Counted from the stretch's first letter, positions 1 through 11,890 are shown. The stretch is 64,000 bases of DNA from Bacteroidota bacterium (GCA_018692315.1 JABHKC010000098.1:6572-70571); one strand, 5' to 3'. Numbers and translations: made by a program. The notes: generated by a model not told the origin, from the sequence alone.

Positions 1-26
1 CTACAAAAAAAATAAAATTAAGAAAA

Positions 27-803
27 ATGAACAAACTAAAAATCACATTAATACAATCAGATTTAGTTTGGGAAAATAGAGAAGAAAATCTAAAAAATTT
101 CTCAGACAAAATCTCTCAAGCTGAGGAAAAGGTCGATATAATAATTTTGCCTGAAATGTTCACCACCGGATTTTCAATGCAATCGAAAAAATTTGCAGAA
201 CCAATGAATGATGTTTCAATGAACTGGATGCATCAAAAAGCGAAAGAAAAACAATCTAGTATTGTTGGAAGTTTAATAATTGAGGAAGACAAAAATTATT
301 ACAACAGACATATTTGGATGAAACCAGATGGCAAATATCAATTCTACGATAAACGACATTTGTTTCGAATGTCGGGCGAACATGAACATTTTACTCCCGG
401 AAATAAAAGGCAAATTGTTGAATTTAAGGGATGGAAATTCTTGTTGATAACATGTTACGATTTGCGATTTCCTGTGTGGTGCCGAAATACTGAAAAATAT
501 GATGCCATGGTTTGTGTTGCAAACTGGCCAGAAGTGCGAAAACATGCTTGGACAACTTTATTGCAAGCACGAGCAATTGAAAATCAAGCATATGCTATAG
601 GTGTAAATAGAATTGGAAAAGATAACAGAAATACAAAATTTTCTGGAAATTCTGTCGTTTTCGATCCAAAAGGAAACAAACTGACGAAATCGATGGAAAA
701 TGAAGAATATATTGAAAGTACTGAAATATCTCTAAACGAACTGAATGATTTCAGAAAATCTTTTCCTGTAGATTTAGATGCAGATAAATTTGAAATATCA
801 TAA
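27..803 (+). CDS. carbon-nitrogen hydrolase family protein (nitrilase superfamily, omega-amidase/YafV-like)
   Basis: 258-aa ORF with Glu-Lys-Cys triad contexts typical of the superfamily (IILPEMFTTGF, YDKRHLF, LITCYDLRFP). Confidence 0.85.
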   Translation: MNKLKITLIQSDLVWENREENLKNFSDKISQAEEKVDIIILPEMFTTGFSMQSKKFAEPMNDVSMNWMHQKAKEKQSSIVGSLIIEEDKNYYNRHIWMKPDGKYQFYDKRHLFRMSGEHEHFTPGNKRQIVEFKGWKFLLITCYDLRFPVWCRNTEKYDAMVCVANWPEVRKHAWTTLLQARAIENQAYAIGVNRIGKDNRNTKFSGNSVVFDPKGNKLTKSMENEEYIESTEISLNELNDFRKSFPVDLDADKFEIS

Positions 804-831
804 GTTTCAGAAAATTTTTTGAAGAATATCA

Positions 832-2652
832 ATGAAGAAGTTTTACAAAATCCTAAAATATATTTTCCCGTATTGGAAAAATGCAAGTGTGAATATGATT
901 TTCATTTTGCTTTCAGTAATTTTCGGATTGTTTTCGTTTACAATGGCAATTCCCTTTCTCGGGATACTTTTTGAAAATCAAGAACTTATTACTGAAAAAG
1001 TTGTATTCGAATTCAATTTGGAATCCATGCAACATAATTTCAACTATTATTTGAGTCAAATAATTATAGAAAAAGGAGCGAAAGCTGCACTGGTTTTTGT
1101 GTCTATAATTATGGTAATATTTGTTCTTCTGAAAACTTCATTTCTTTATTTTGGGAAATATATAATGGCACCTCTTCGAAATGGTGTGGTAAAAGACATT
1201 AGAAACAAAATTTACAATAAAATTCTAAATCTTCAATTATCATATTTCTCTGATGAGAAAAAAGGCGACATTATGTCCCGAATAACTAACGATGTTCAAG
1301 AAATTGAAGTATCAATTATTCGTTCGATAGATGTGCTTTTTCAAGTTCCAATAACAATTATAATATATATTGTTGCACTTTTTGTGATGAGTTTCGAGCT
1401 TACTCTTTTTGTTTTAATATTGCTTCCGGTAACCGGATATTTAATTGGTCGTATTGGAAAAAGTCTTAGAAAAAAATCATTTCGTGCCCAAACCAAAATG
1501 GGAGTTTTGCTCACAATAATTGAAGAAACTTTATCTGGATTACGCATTATTAAAGCTTTCAATGCCGAAAAAAAATCGAAAAAGAAATTCGAAGATGAAA
1601 ACCATGATTACACCAAAATAATGATTTCGATGTGGCGGCGGCGAGATCTGGCAGTTCCTTTAAGCGAGTTTTTGGGGACAATAGTTATTGTAATACTTAT
1701 GTGGTATGGCGGCTCAATGGTTTTGAACAATCAAAGTAGCTTATCATCGCAAGAGTTTATTGGTTTTATCATAATTTTTTCTCAAATAATAAATCCGGCA
1801 AAAGCTTTAACATCTGCTTTCTACAACATTCAAAAAGGGATGGCTTCTTCCGAAAGAATTGAAAAAATTCTTGAAGCTGAAACAACAATTGTTGAAAAAG
1901 AGAATCCCCTTGAAATTAAAGAATTTAAATCTTCAATAGTTTACAAAAATGTGCACTTCAGATATGATACTGAGAATGTCTTGAAAAACATAAATCTAAC
2001 AATCGAAAAAGGAAAAACAATTGCTTTGGTAGGACAGTCTGGTTCTGGGAAATCAACTTTGGTAGATTTGTTAGCTCGCTTTTATGATGTGTCGAAAGGA
2101 GATATTCTTATTGATGGACAGTCGATTAAAGATTATAAAATTGTTGATCTTCGGAATTTAATGGGAAATGTTAATCAAGAATCAATATTATTTAATGACA
2201 CCATTTTCAATAATATCTCTTTTAGTTTTGAAAATGCAAGTTCGGAGCAAGTAATTTCGGCTGCCAAAGTTGCAAACGCTCACAATTTTATTGAAACTAC
2301 AGAAAATTCATATATGTCGAATATCGGCGACAGAGGCAACAAACTTTCGGGCGGACAAAAACAAAGAATCAGCATTGCTCGGGCGGTTCTAAAAAATCCA
2401 CCAATACTAATTCTCGATGAGGCAACCTCAGCTCTCGATACAGAATCGGAACGCCTTGTGCAAGATGCCCTAACAAATCTAATGAAAAATAGAACCTCAA
2501 TTGTGATTGCTCATAGATTATCTACCGTTCAATTTGCCGATGAAATATGCGTTCTGCACCAAGGTGAAATTGTTGAGCGAGGCAAACACAAAGATTTAAT
2601 TCAACTCAATGGAAATTATAAGAAGCTTCACGACCTTCAAATGTTTTCATAG
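832..2652 (+). CDS. ABC transporter permease/ATP-binding fusion protein (MsbA/ABCB-type exporter)
   Basis: N-terminal six-helix-type hydrophobic domain; Walker [10 protein letters not shown], signature [14 protein letters not shown], Walker [13 protein letters not shown]. Confidence 0.9.
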   Translation: MKKFYKILKYIFPYWKNASVNMIFILLSVIFGLFSFTMAIPFLGILFENQELITEKVVFEFNLESMQHNFNYYLSQIIIEKGAKAALVFVSIIMVIFVLLKTSFLYFGKYIMAPLRNGVVKDIRNKIYNKILNLQLSYFSDEKKGDIMSRITNDVQEIEVSIIRSIDVLFQVPITIIIYIVALFVMSFELTLFVLILLPVTGYLIGRIGKSLRKKSFRAQTKMGVLLTIIEETLSGLRIIKAFNAEKKSKKKFEDENHDYTKIMISMWRRRDLAVPLSEFLGTIVIVILMWYGGSMVLNNQSSLSSQEFIGFIIIFSQIINPAKALTSAFYNIQKGMASSERIEKILEAETTIVEKENPLEIKEFKSSIVYKNVHFRYDTENVLKNINLTIEKGKTIALVGQSGSGKSTLVDLLARFYDVSKGDILIDGQSIKDYKIVDLRNLMGNVNQESILFNDTIFNNISFSFENASSEQVISAAKVANAHNFIETTENSYMSNIGDRGNKLSGGQKQRISIARAVLKNPPILILDEATSALDTESERLVQDALTNLMKNRTSIVIAHRLSTVQFADEICVLHQGEIVERGKHKDLIQLNGNYKKLHDLQMFS

Positions 2653-2714
2653 AATCAAGTCTTAAATCAATTTTCCAAAAATATCTTTTTCAAAAAAATA
2701 CCCAATTTATTAAC

Positions 2715-3572
2715 ATGAATTCAAAAAGAGTATCAGACAAAAAACCAGATTGGCTTAAAATAAAACTTCCCTCAACAAAAGAATATGCTCCTATTAAAGA
2801 AATAGTTAAAAGAAATAAATTACATACTATTTGCGAAAGCGGAAATTGTCCAAATCGAGCAGAATGCTGGGGAAGCGGAACAGCTACATTTATGATACTT
2901 GGGAATATTTGCACACGATCGTGTAAATTTTGTGCGGTTGAAACCGGAAAACCTAAACCCATTGACGAAACCGAAGCCGAAAAAATTGCACAATCGGTGA
3001 AGACAATGAATTTGAAACATTGCGTAATAACTTCGGTTGACCGAGACGATCTTAGCGATGGTGGAGCTTCAGCTTGGGTGAATACAATCAAAGAAATTAG
3101 GCGAAAAAATCCGAACACTACTATCGAAACTTTGATTCCCGACTTCAAAGCTAAAATAGAAAGTCTTAAAAAAATTATAGATATTAAACCGGAGGTTGTT
3201 TCTCACAATTTAGAAACTGTAGAAAGGCTTAATAAACTTGTCAGAAATCAGGCAAACTATGAAAGAAGCTTGAGTGTTTTGAAAACTTTAAAAGAAGCTG
3301 GGATTTTAACAAAATCAGGTATAATGCTTGGACTTGGCGAAACTCAGTCCGAAATTTTAAAAACAATGGACAACTTGCTTGAGGTTGGATGTCAGATTTT
3401 TACTCTTGGACAATATCTTCAACCAACAAGAAAGCATTTGGCTGTGGAAGAATATGTAACACCCCAAAAATTCGACGAATACAAAAATATTGGATTGAAA
3501 AAAGGGTTTAAAATTGTTGAAAGTGGTCCATTGGTCCGATCTTCCTATCATGCCGAAAGTCATCTATTTTAG
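2715..3572 (+). CDS. lipA: lipoyl synthase
   Basis: Radical-SAM CTRSCKFC motif plus N-terminal auxiliary cluster cysteines ([12 protein letters not shown]); length 285 aa. Confidence 0.95.
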   Translation: MNSKRVSDKKPDWLKIKLPSTKEYAPIKEIVKRNKLHTICESGNCPNRAECWGSGTATFMILGNICTRSCKFCAVETGKPKPIDETEAEKIAQSVKTMNLKHCVITSVDRDDLSDGGASAWVNTIKEIRRKNPNTTIETLIPDFKAKIESLKKIIDIKPEVVSHNLETVERLNKLVRNQANYERSLSVLKTLKEAGILTKSGIMLGLGETQSEILKTMDNLLEVGCQIFTLGQYLQPTRKHLAVEEYVTPQKFDEYKNIGLKKGFKIVESGPLVRSSYHAESHLF

Positions 3573-3888
3573 ATATTCGACATAAAATAAAACACTAAAT
3601 CAAAAAAATCTAATTTTAGTTTTTGTTGATGTATTTCTTGTTTGATTTTCAAAATTATAAAATAAAGTATAGCTAATTTTGTCAATTTCTATTTGTCAAT
3701 CTATTTTTAGATAAAAACTAACATTTCCAAACTAAATAATTCAATCTTAAACTTAAGAAAATTAACATCTTACAAAATTATTTAATAATTACGGTTTAAA
3801 ACTTCAAAATGTTTTTTTTAAAAAAAAAATTGTACTTTTATAGCTGAATTTATTATGAAATTTTGATGTAAAATTAATAAAAATAATT

Positions 3889-6800
3889 ATGAAGAAAATT
3901 CATCTACTATTAGTTTTTGCAGTAGCAATATTGGGAGGTATCATCTATCTCGCCAGTTCGAATATCAATGTTAGCCCACATTATATTCCTCGTATCGATT
4001 CAAAAATCCATAAAAGCAAAAATATTAAAGCAGCTATGGAATGGTTGAATCTAAGAAAAGCAGGCAATAAAGAAGGAATAGTTGATTTAGCGAAAGTTAG
4101 AGAAGCAGAGCAAAAAGTTAAAGCTATGCGTTTGCAAAAAGGAACTTCCTCTATCAACCTTAATTGGGTTGAAATGGGTCCCGACAATATTGGAGGAAGA
4201 ACGAGAGCTTTACTGATAGACAAAGACGACCCAAACAAAATGATTGCAGGTGGCGTTGCAGGCGGAATCTGGATTTCTACTACTGCCGGCCAATCATGGT
4301 CTAAATATAATGATCTTGCCGAAAATCTTTCTGTTGCCTCAATTTGTCAGGCTGCTAACGGCGACATTTATGTTGGAACAGGCGAAGGTGCTTTTGCTGG
4401 TTATTATGGAAATACCACAGCAACAAACGGAATGAGAGGACAAGGCATTTGGAAATCGACCGATCGTGGATTAAGTTTCAACAGATTACCTTCAACATAT
4501 GTTGAAAATATTGCCGAAGATACTGCATTAGTAAATGCAGCATTTAGCACAGTTAGCGAACTTGCTGCCGATCCTACTGACGCAAATAAAATTTATGCTT
4601 CGACTACTCGAGGCTTGCTTGTTTCCTATGATGCAGGAGATTCATGGTCGAATCCAATTTTCATATCAGAAACCAGCCAAATAAATGTTTCAGATCTTTC
4701 AAAAGATGTTGCTGTAGCCTCAGACGGAACTGTAATTGCAGCAGTTGGAAATAAAGGATATATTTCTGCTGATGGTAGTTCACGTTCATTCACAAAAATC
4801 TCAGGAAATACAGATAGCCTTTTGCTTCCAAACTCAGGAATTTCCAGAATGGAATTTGCATTTGCTCCAAGCGATCCTAATTTCATATACTGTCTTGCTG
4901 CTCAACCAGGCGGTACTTTAGAAAATATATACCAATCTACAGATAAAGGTATTTCATGGAATGTAGTAGGACAAGGTGGTTATGCAGAATTTCAACCACT
5001 TGGAGATCAAGGAGAATATGATGCTGTAATTGCAGTTTATCCAGACGATAAAAACAGCGTATTAGTTGGTGGACAAGGAAATGTTTATAAAGGAACATCG
5101 CAAGAAGGCACCGACGAATTCTATTGGGAAGCTAAAACTGAATGGTATTTTGAAACTTCCAGCTTGTTATATGTTCATGCAGATCAACATGCAATAGAAT
5201 TTCACCCAAATTATAATGGAACAGACAATAAAATTGTTTACATATCTTCAGATGGTGGAGTACACCGTTCGGATTACGCCGGTGAATATTGGCAAACTAT
5301 GAATAAAAATTATAACACCGTTCAGTTCTATGCTGTTGGTATATCAGGAGATGGACGAGTTATTGGTGGAACTCAAGATAATGGAACACAATATATTGAC
5401 TTCTTAGGGAATACAGACCAAAATTCGGTAGAAGTAACCGGAGGTGATGGCGGATATGCAGAAATTTCAGAATTGGATCCAGATATTTCTTTTTCAACAT
5501 TATATTTTGGAGATTTATTTCGTTCAGCTTTTAGAACTGAAGGATACGGAAGTTTCTATTCAAGTAACCTTTCAGGAAAACATAACATTGGAACATCAGA
5601 CGGAGGACCAAGAGGAGGCTGTTTTGTTACACCAATTGCTCTTTGGGAATCATTCTACGATGAGTATAGCAACGATTATGTATCGTACATAAACGACACA
5701 ATATTTTTCAGCACCTTTCAAGATTGGGACGAGTTTTATGCCGAACTTATGGCAAATCATCCTGACGCTACTATTGATACTACAATTTCATATAGTCAGC
5801 AAAATGTTCTCACATTGTCGTGTGCAGTAACATTCCCAGCAGATGATATGTTAACTACCGAAAGTTTAACAAATGATCTCCCACTTGATTTTACACTTTC
5901 AGAACAATTATTACCCTCAGATACAATTTGGGTAAAAGACACATATCAGTCATTGTTTGCAGTTGGACTAAACGGAAATGGTTCGAATGGCGGCGATGGA
6001 GGGAAATTATGGGTTACTCGTCAGGCTCTAAATTTTGCAGCATTACCTGCTCCAGCCTGGTATCAGGTTCTCCCTGAAAATTACAACGGATCTGCTTTTG
6101 GTGAAATTCAAGACATTGTTATCTCCAAAGATGGAAATTATATTTATTTTTCAACTGATAACAACAGAGTATATAGAGTCTCAGGTCTATTATATGCCAG
6201 AGAAGCTGCCGAATATAATAACGATTCATCTGACGTAATAAAAACTTCCCTATTAAAATCATTCAATACAACAGTTACTAGTATTTCAATTGATCCGAAC
6301 GATGCTAAAAATATAGTAGTTACTATCGGTGGATATGGCGAAGGTGTGCATATTTATTATTCATCCAATGCTACACAATCACCTGCCAACAATGTTAGTT
6401 TTTCTGAGAAACAAGGTAATCTGCCATTTATGCCTGTATATTCAGCCATTTTGAATTGGAAAGATGGTGCCCAAGTAATGATTGGAACCGAATTTGGAGT
6501 TTACTCAACCGAAGATATTACTGCTGATGAACCGGTTTGGGTTGATCAAAATCCTAATGGATTTGCAAATGTTCCTGTTTTTATGCTACGTCAGCAAATT
6601 CAAGAAAACAGATGGAAACCATTAATAAATAATCACGGCTATATTTATGCTGCTACTCATGGCAGAGGTTTTTTCAGAGCCGAAAATATGGCAGGACCTA
6701 CAGCTATTAAAGAAATTGATGATTACAGTACTATCGCAGTTTCTGAAATTACTGTTTTCCCAAATCCAGTAAGTGATCTTGCTACGGTAAAATTTTACTT

Positions 6801-6996
6801 AAACGAAAGAAGTGAAATTTCAATAAATGTTTATAATTTGAATGGACAAATTGTAAAATCTGAAATTATAAACAATCAAACTAAAGGAAATCACAACTAT
6901 TCATTTGATGTTGAAGATTTGAAATCCGGAACTTATGTTTTAATTCTTACTACTGAAAATCAAAAATATTCTACAAAATTCATTGTAAATAAATAA
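3889..6996 (+). CDS. T9SS cargo protein with BNR/Asp-box (sortilin/VPS10-like) repeats
   Basis: Signal-anchor N-terminus; repeated S-x-D-x-G-x-SW boxes (STTAGQSW, SYDAGDSW, STDKGISW); C-terminal FPNPVSD...GTYVLIL sorting-domain pattern. Confidence 0.7.
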   Translation: MKKIHLLLVFAVAILGGIIYLASSNINVSPHYIPRIDSKIHKSKNIKAAMEWLNLRKAGNKEGIVDLAKVREAEQKVKAMRLQKGTSSINLNWVEMGPDNIGGRTRALLIDKDDPNKMIAGGVAGGIWISTTAGQSWSKYNDLAENLSVASICQAANGDIYVGTGEGAFAGYYGNTTATNGMRGQGIWKSTDRGLSFNRLPSTYVENIAEDTALVNAAFSTVSELAADPTDANKIYASTTRGLLVSYDAGDSWSNPIFISETSQINVSDLSKDVAVASDGTVIAAVGNKGYISADGSSRSFTKISGNTDSLLLPNSGISRMEFAFAPSDPNFIYCLAAQPGGTLENIYQSTDKGISWNVVGQGGYAEFQPLGDQGEYDAVIAVYPDDKNSVLVGGQGNVYKGTSQEGTDEFYWEAKTEWYFETSSLLYVHADQHAIEFHPNYNGTDNKIVYISSDGGVHRSDYAGEYWQTMNKNYNTVQFYAVGISGDGRVIGGTQDNGTQYIDFLGNTDQNSVEVTGGDGGYAEISELDPDISFSTLYFGDLFRSAFRTEGYGSFYSSNLSGKHNIGTSDGGPRGGCFVTPIALWESFYDEYSNDYVSYINDTIFFSTFQDWDEFYAELMANHPDATIDTTISYSQQNVLTLSCAVTFPADDMLTTESLTNDLPLDFTLSEQLLPSDTIWVKDTYQSLFAVGLNGNGSNGGDGGKLWVTRQALNFAALPAPAWYQVLPENYNGSAFGEIQDIVISKDGNYIYFSTDNNRVYRVSGLLYAREAAEYNNDSSDVIKTSLLKSFNTTVTSISIDPNDAKNIVVTIGGYGEGVHIYYSSNATQSPANNVSFSEKQGNLPFMPVYSAILNWKDGAQVMIGTEFGVYSTEDITADEPVWVDQNPNGFANVPVFMLRQQIQENRWKPLINNHGYIYAATHGRGFFRAENMAGPTAIKEIDDYSTIAVSEITVFPNPVSDLATVKFYLNERSEISINVYNLNGQIVKSEIINNQTKGNHNYSFDVEDLKSGTYVLILTTENQKYSTKFIVNK

Positions 6997-7016
6997 ACGA
7001 TTTTATAATAATGGGA

Positions 7017-7048
7017 AGCCCCATCCTAAACTGGATGGGGCTTTTTTA
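7017..7048. terminator. bidirectional intrinsic terminator between convergent genes
   Basis: gccccatcc (7019-7027) / ggatggggc (7034-7042) 9-bp GC-rich stem with taaact loop; T6 run on + strand and A-rich run on the other side. Confidence 0.7.
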
Positions 7049-7051
7049 TTT

Positions 7052-7927
7052 TCAAATTTTCATTTCAATTTCTCTACCAAAAATTATTGGTAAATTTGGT
7101 TCTGAATGTCCCGCATCGAAAGCAAAGCATACAGGATATTCATATTCACTTACAGCTGCGGCAATTATCTCATATGCACTTTTTCCAAACGGAATATTAT
7201 TATCGTTCATATCGTCCATTCCGCCAACGATAAGACCTTTTAGAGAGGCTAATTTTCCAGAAACTTTCAGATTCATCATCATCCTGTCTATGTGATATAG
7301 ATATTCGTCGAGGTCTTCAATAAATAATATTTTGTTCTTTAATGAAATGTCAAAATCTGTACCTCTCAGGCTATATAAAATCGATAAATTTCCACCGACT
7401 ACCGGGGCAGTGCATGTCCCTTTTCTGTTAAATTTATGTTTTGGAAAATCGCATTTCAAATCTTCGCCCTTCAAAGTTTTCATCATTTTTTCCATTGAAA
7501 TTGTGATTGTTTCATCATTTGGAAAATTTATTGGCATGGTAGCATGAAGAGTTTCAATCTCTAATTTTTCATGAATAAACGAATGTAAAACAGTAAGGTC
7601 GCTGTATCCGACAATCCATTTTGGATTTTTGACAAATTTCTCGAAATTTAAATAATCAATAATTTTAATAGTCCCGTAACCACCTCTTGCACTAAATATA
7701 GCTTTAATAGAAATGTCATCAATCATTTCCTGAAAATCTGCTGCACGTTGTTTATCTGTTCCAGAAAATTGATTTTCCGATTGAAAAATATTTTTCCCCA
7801 ATACTACTTCAAATCCTTCCTTTTTAAAAAAACTGATTGCTGGAATTAGCTCTTCATATGAAATTTTGCGAGCAGGTGCAACAATTCCAATTTTGTCGCC
7901 TTTTTTCAAATATGGGGGTGTTTTCAT
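7052..7927 (-). CDS. LD-carboxypeptidase (peptidase S66, muramoyl-tetrapeptide carboxypeptidase-like)
   Basis: GDKIGIVAPA N-terminus, nucleophile context IVGYSDLTVLH, C-terminal GHSEPN-type motif. Confidence 0.85.
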   Translation of the reverse strand: MKTPPYLKKGDKIGIVAPARKISYEELIPAISFFKKEGFEVVLGKNIFQSENQFSGTDKQRAADFQEMIDDISIKAIFSARGGYGTIKIIDYLNFEKFVKNPKWIVGYSDLTVLHSFIHEKLEIETLHATMPINFPNDETITISMEKMMKTLKGEDLKCDFPKHKFNRKGTCTAPVVGGNLSILYSLRGTDFDISLKNKILFIEDLDEYLYHIDRMMMNLKVSGKLASLKGLIVGGMDDMNDNNIPFGKSAYEIIAAAVSEYEYPVCFAFDAGHSEPNLPIIFGREIEMKI

Positions 7928-7962
7928 TAAAGATGGAATTATTCAATTATTCAAAGATGGAA

Positions 7963-9021
7963 TTATTCTTTTTTCTTAGAAAACTTGCTTTTAATCCATC
8001 GTGGCAAAATAAATGCACCTATAAACAAATAAGGATAATAAGTTGTTAATCTCCATAAAAGAGCCATTGAAACGGCAAATCCAAGAGGAATAAAATCGGC
8101 AAGGTATCTCGAAAAAACAAACTCAGCAAATCCGCTACCACCAGGCGTTGGGCTCACCAGCATCATTATCCACATTACCAATTGACGTGCAAATATTAAA
8201 AAATGATCGTTCACTACAAAAAATGCTAACAACAAACTATTTACAACCCAAAAACGAGATGTCCAGGACAGAAAGGAAGCAAAAAATGCTTTTACCCAAA
8301 AACTTATCGATTTAGTTCTTAATTCTTTTGAAGTTACAATTATATCTGATCCTGCCTGATTTGCTTGTTGCCGCCACTTCCGTAAAAAGGGCAATCTGAA
8401 AACCTGCAACAACAACCATTTTATTGCTCTCGGATTTACGAACAGCCCATAACTCAAGAAAATAGTATATACCAGTTTCAATGAATATCCGACAACGGCA
8501 AAATAGAAAAATTCATTTGTGAACGAAATAACCTCTGCTCCTACTTCGCCAATCGAAAATAATTCTGAAATTTGCACAACTAGAAACAAAAGAGGAAACA
8601 TTATCAAAAAATATATTTCATCTAAAAAAGAGGTAGTAAGCACAACCGCCGTGCTTCTTCCTACACTTAATCCTTCTTTGTTTATGTATAAAACTGCAAT
8701 ACTTGTTCCGCCAATTGCCGAAGGAGTAACTGCTGAAGTAAATTCCCACAGCATTATAATGTTGAATGTTTTTCGCCAATTTAGCGATTTATCCGAAAGC
8801 ACTCTCAATCTAATCATATAGCCAATATCTCTCACAGCCATCATTATGAGCGAGACCAAAAGCCACAAAACTGAATATCTTGTAAATTCAATTATTGAAA
8901 TGGCTTCAACATCAAATTCCTGATAAAGCATAAAGGCAACAACAATCAATCCGATTAGCATAGGATAGATTATTTTGTTTATACGAACTTTTTTCAGTAA
9001 TTGTGGAGTATTATCAGTCAT
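7963..9021 (-). CDS. flippase-like / lysylphosphatidylglycerol-synthase TM-region family membrane protein (UPF0104)
   Basis: 352-aa polytopic membrane protein; PTPGGSGFAEF motif characteristic of this family. Confidence 0.6.
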   Translation of the reverse strand: MTDNTPQLLKKVRINKIIYPMLIGLIVVAFMLYQEFDVEAISIIEFTRYSVLWLLVSLIMMAVRDIGYMIRLRVLSDKSLNWRKTFNIIMLWEFTSAVTPSAIGGTSIAVLYINKEGLSVGRSTAVVLTTSFLDEIYFLIMFPLLFLVVQISELFSIGEVGAEVISFTNEFFYFAVVGYSLKLVYTIFLSYGLFVNPRAIKWLLLQVFRLPFLRKWRQQANQAGSDIIVTSKELRTKSISFWVKAFFASFLSWTSRFWVVNSLLLAFFVVNDHFLIFARQLVMWIMMLVSPTPGGSGFAEFVFSRYLADFIPLGFAVSMALLWRLTTYYPYLFIGAFILPRWIKSKFSKKKE

Positions 9022-9317
9022 TCAATAAAATTATATTGTGCAAAAATAAATATTTATCCTTACAAAAATTGTAATAAATTGAAAAATGTATAGTGCATTT
9101 TTAAATGGATACAATCTCTACAAAAACAATATTAATTATTAACTGCTTCAAGTTCGAATAGCGATTACGCGAAATATTTGCTTTTATATGATTTTTTTAA
9201 AGAATCATTTGTTAAAATTAGAGTTGTATTTTACTGAATATCAGCATTTAAATTCATGTAAGAAAAATAAATTAAAATATTTAGTACTATGTATTGCATA
9301 TATCTATTTAATATATA

Positions 9318-9325
9318 TATCTTTG
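9318..9325 (+). promoter_or_regulatory. candidate Bacteroidota -7 promoter box (TAnnTTTG) upstream of the PadR-PspC pair
   Basis: tatctttg matches TAnnTTTG about 83 bp upstream of the ATG at 9408. Confidence 0.3.
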
Positions 9326-9407
9326 CAATGTAATATTCTTTGTAAGAAATAGTACTATAAGAATAATTGTTTTTTGAAATATTAATTATTAACCAAAAAC
9401 TGTAAAG

Positions 9408-9734
9408 ATGAAAATTGAGAATACTAAAGCTCAGATGAGGAAGGGAATTTTAGAATATTGTATTCTTTCAATATTATCGAACCACGATGCTTATGCTTCA
9501 GATATTATAAAAAAAATGAAAGAGGCAAAGCTGATAGTTGTTGAAGGAACGCTTTACCCTCTGCTCACACGACTGAAAAATGCAAAACTTCTGTCTTATA
9601 GATGGGAAGAATCTTCGCAAGGACCGCCTCGGAAATATTATGAAATTACAGATTTAGGAAAAATGTTTTTATCAGAACTCGACACATCGTGGAAAGCGCT
9701 GGTAGAAGCAGTGAATCTGATAAATCAGAATTAA
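9408..9734 (+). CDS. PadR family transcriptional regulator
   Basis: 108 aa; winged-helix pattern ILEYCILSIL...YASDI...EGTLYPLLTRL...W. Confidence 0.85.
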   Translation: MKIENTKAQMRKGILEYCILSILSNHDAYASDIIKKMKEAKLIVVEGTLYPLLTRLKNAKLLSYRWEESSQGPPRKYYEITDLGKMFLSELDTSWKALVEAVNLINQN

Positions 9735-9783
9735 AAAATTTCTTTAATAAAATTTAAATAATAATAAGTTAAAATAAAACCCA

Positions 9784-11361
9784 ATGAAAAAGACATTCAC
9801 AATAAATGTAAGCAGCATTATTTTCCATGTCGATGATGATGCGTTTGAAATTTTGCAGCAATACTTATCTTTGATAAATAACAGATATGCTGGAAGTAGC
9901 GAAGGTAAAGAAATTATTGCTGATATTGAAGCCCGAATTGCCGAATTGTTTAACGAAAAAATTAGCGACTCGAAACAAGTTATCAATATTGGAGACGTAA
10001 ACTGCGTTATCGACATTTTGGGCGAACCCGATGAATTTGAGGACGATGATACAGAAAGCCAGGACTCGAAAAAAACAAAACAGAGAGTTATTACTTCAGG
10101 CAAAAGACTTTTTCGGGATCCGGATAATAGAGTAATAGGTGGCGTTTGCGGTGGTTTAGGTGCATACTTTTCTATCGATCCGGTAATTTTTAGAATAATT
10201 TTCATTTTTGCAACCTTAGTTTACGGAAGCGGCCCACTCATTTATCTAATTTTATGGATTGCAGCTCCTGTAGCAAAATCAACTGCCGAAAAGCTTCAAA
10301 TGCGCGGCGAAAATGTTACCGTTTCAAATATTGAGAAATCGATTAGCGAAGAGTTCACCGAAGTAAGAAATAAATTTAAAAACTTTAAACACACAAAACA
10401 ATATTCTCAATCGAAAAACTTTTTTAACCAACTGCTTTCAATTACAGGCAATTTTCTAAATATTATTCTAAAAATAGTGATTATAACTATTGGCATTTCG
10501 TTTATTGTATCCGGAACGATTATTCTATTTGCTTTGGTAGGTGGAACAGTTTTCGACAATAGCTTCTTCTTTCCGCCGGCATGGGGAAATTTTGATTATC
10601 CACCCTACGAAATGTTTTATGTTTTGGCAGATCCTACAGTCGTAAATTTACTGTTTCTTGGAATTATCTTAATTATTGCCATTCCTGTTTTAGCAATTTT
10701 GTATGCTGGTGTAAAAATGATTTTTAAGTTTAAATCTAACAACAAGCTTATCGGATTAACAGCTCTTTCTCTTTGGTTATTAGGCATAATTCTTACAATT
10801 ATAGTTTCCGTAATGGCAGGAAAAGGCTTTAATTCTAAGGCAAGTTTGTCGAAAAACATATATCTAAAACCTGATAGTGCCGATGTTATTTATTTGAAAA
10901 TGAAACCCGACACACTATACAATTCTTACGAATATATCGATCAATTGATAGATTTCGATGAATTAATATTAACTTCGAGCGACTCAAAAAGAAAGTTTTT
11001 TATCAGGCCTGAATTTGAAATTAAAAAAAGCAGTACAGCAAATTATGAGATGGAAATGAGATTCCGTTCAAGAGGAGATGGCAAAAAAGATGCAATTCAA
11101 AATGCTGATCATATAATTTACAATTGGTCTCAAAAGGATTCATTAATACTTTTCGAGCAATATTTTACTCTTCCAGACGATTTTTTGTGGAGATACCAAA
11201 GCCTTGATATAACTTTAAAAATTCCAGAAGGAAAATCGGTCTATATAGAAAAAAGTATGGACGAGATTATCAACGAATATAATGTAAAAACTCCTGATTG
11301 GACACGGAAAATCTATAACAAAAAAATGATAATGGATTATGACGGATTAGTTGAATATTAG
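9784..11361 (+). CDS. PspC domain-containing membrane protein
   Basis: RLFRDPDNRVIGGVCGGLGAYFSIDPVIFRIIF PspC signature; several TM helices; immediately downstream of PadR as is typical. Confidence 0.8.
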   Translation: MKKTFTINVSSIIFHVDDDAFEILQQYLSLINNRYAGSSEGKEIIADIEARIAELFNEKISDSKQVINIGDVNCVIDILGEPDEFEDDDTESQDSKKTKQRVITSGKRLFRDPDNRVIGGVCGGLGAYFSIDPVIFRIIFIFATLVYGSGPLIYLILWIAAPVAKSTAEKLQMRGENVTVSNIEKSISEEFTEVRNKFKNFKHTKQYSQSKNFFNQLLSITGNFLNIILKIVIITIGISFIVSGTIILFALVGGTVFDNSFFFPPAWGNFDYPPYEMFYVLADPTVVNLLFLGIILIIAIPVLAILYAGVKMIFKFKSNNKLIGLTALSLWLLGIILTIIVSVMAGKGFNSKASLSKNIYLKPDSADVIYLKMKPDTLYNSYEYIDQLIDFDELILTSSDSKRKFFIRPEFEIKKSSTANYEMEMRFRSRGDGKKDAIQNADHIIYNWSQKDSLILFEQYFTLPDDFLWRYQSLDITLKIPEGKSVYIEKSMDEIINEYNVKTPDWTRKIYNKKMIMDYDGLVEY

Positions 11362-11533
11362 CATTATTCAATTGAAAATAATCAATTTATGGTCTGCAAA
11401 CAAAGTAAGTGTTTAGTTCAGGATGTTCGAGTTCAAGGCTTGCGAAGGCTTTAAAATCAAGGCGTTTGCATTTGCAAATAACTGTTTTAAAGTCTAACCA
11501 AACGTAGAAATCGGACATTATGACAAACACTAT

Positions 11534-11890
11534 TTAGTTCAGAGATAGAGGGAAAACATCGCAAAGCGAAATATGATTAATGCTGTTTTTTATGTCTTTT
11601 ATACAAGGAAGTTGAGTGTTCGAAATCAAATCGAGAATTGAAACAGAGGCATTGCAGATATGAAAAATCGCATTATTCATTCTTATTTTTTTCGAGATTT
11701 CGCTTAAAAGAATGAAACTTTCGCTATCTATAAAATCTATTCCTTTAAGGTTCAAAATCACTGTTGATATATTCTTTTCGAAATAAATATGCAATTCGTT
11801 TTCAATTTTTCTTAAGTGTGCTGAATTAAATCTTTTCGCTTCTTTGAATGAAATTAAAAGCTTGTCTTCCACTACATCTATAACTAACAT
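11534..11890 (-). CDS. STAS domain protein (anti-sigma-factor-antagonist-like)
   Basis: 118 aa; LNLKGIDFIDSESFILL pattern typical of STAS/SpoIIAA folds. Confidence 0.5.
   Translation of the reverse strand: MLVIDVVEDKLLISFKEAKRFNSAHLRKIENELHIYFEKNISTVILNLKGIDFIDSESFILLSEISKKIRMNNAIFHICNASVSILDLISNTQLPCIKDIKNSINHISLCDVFPLSLN

Noticed and set aside
2690-3148. 152-aa minus-strand ORF, with similar antisense ORFs at 273-545, 584-886, 9744-10205, 16524-16889, 57890-58354, 58883-59287, 59418-59820 and 59871-60155
   Set aside because: All lie fully inside well-supported genes on the opposite strand (lipA, PspC, BNR cargo, folD, ffh and others). Their composition is that of reverse-complemented codons.
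3812-3829. T8-A10 tract upstream of the 1035-aa T9SS gene as a phase-variation switch
   Set aside because: It is plausible in principle, but it lies 60-77 bp upstream of the ATG and I could not place -33/-7 boxes around it. In so AT-rich a genome such tracts are common.
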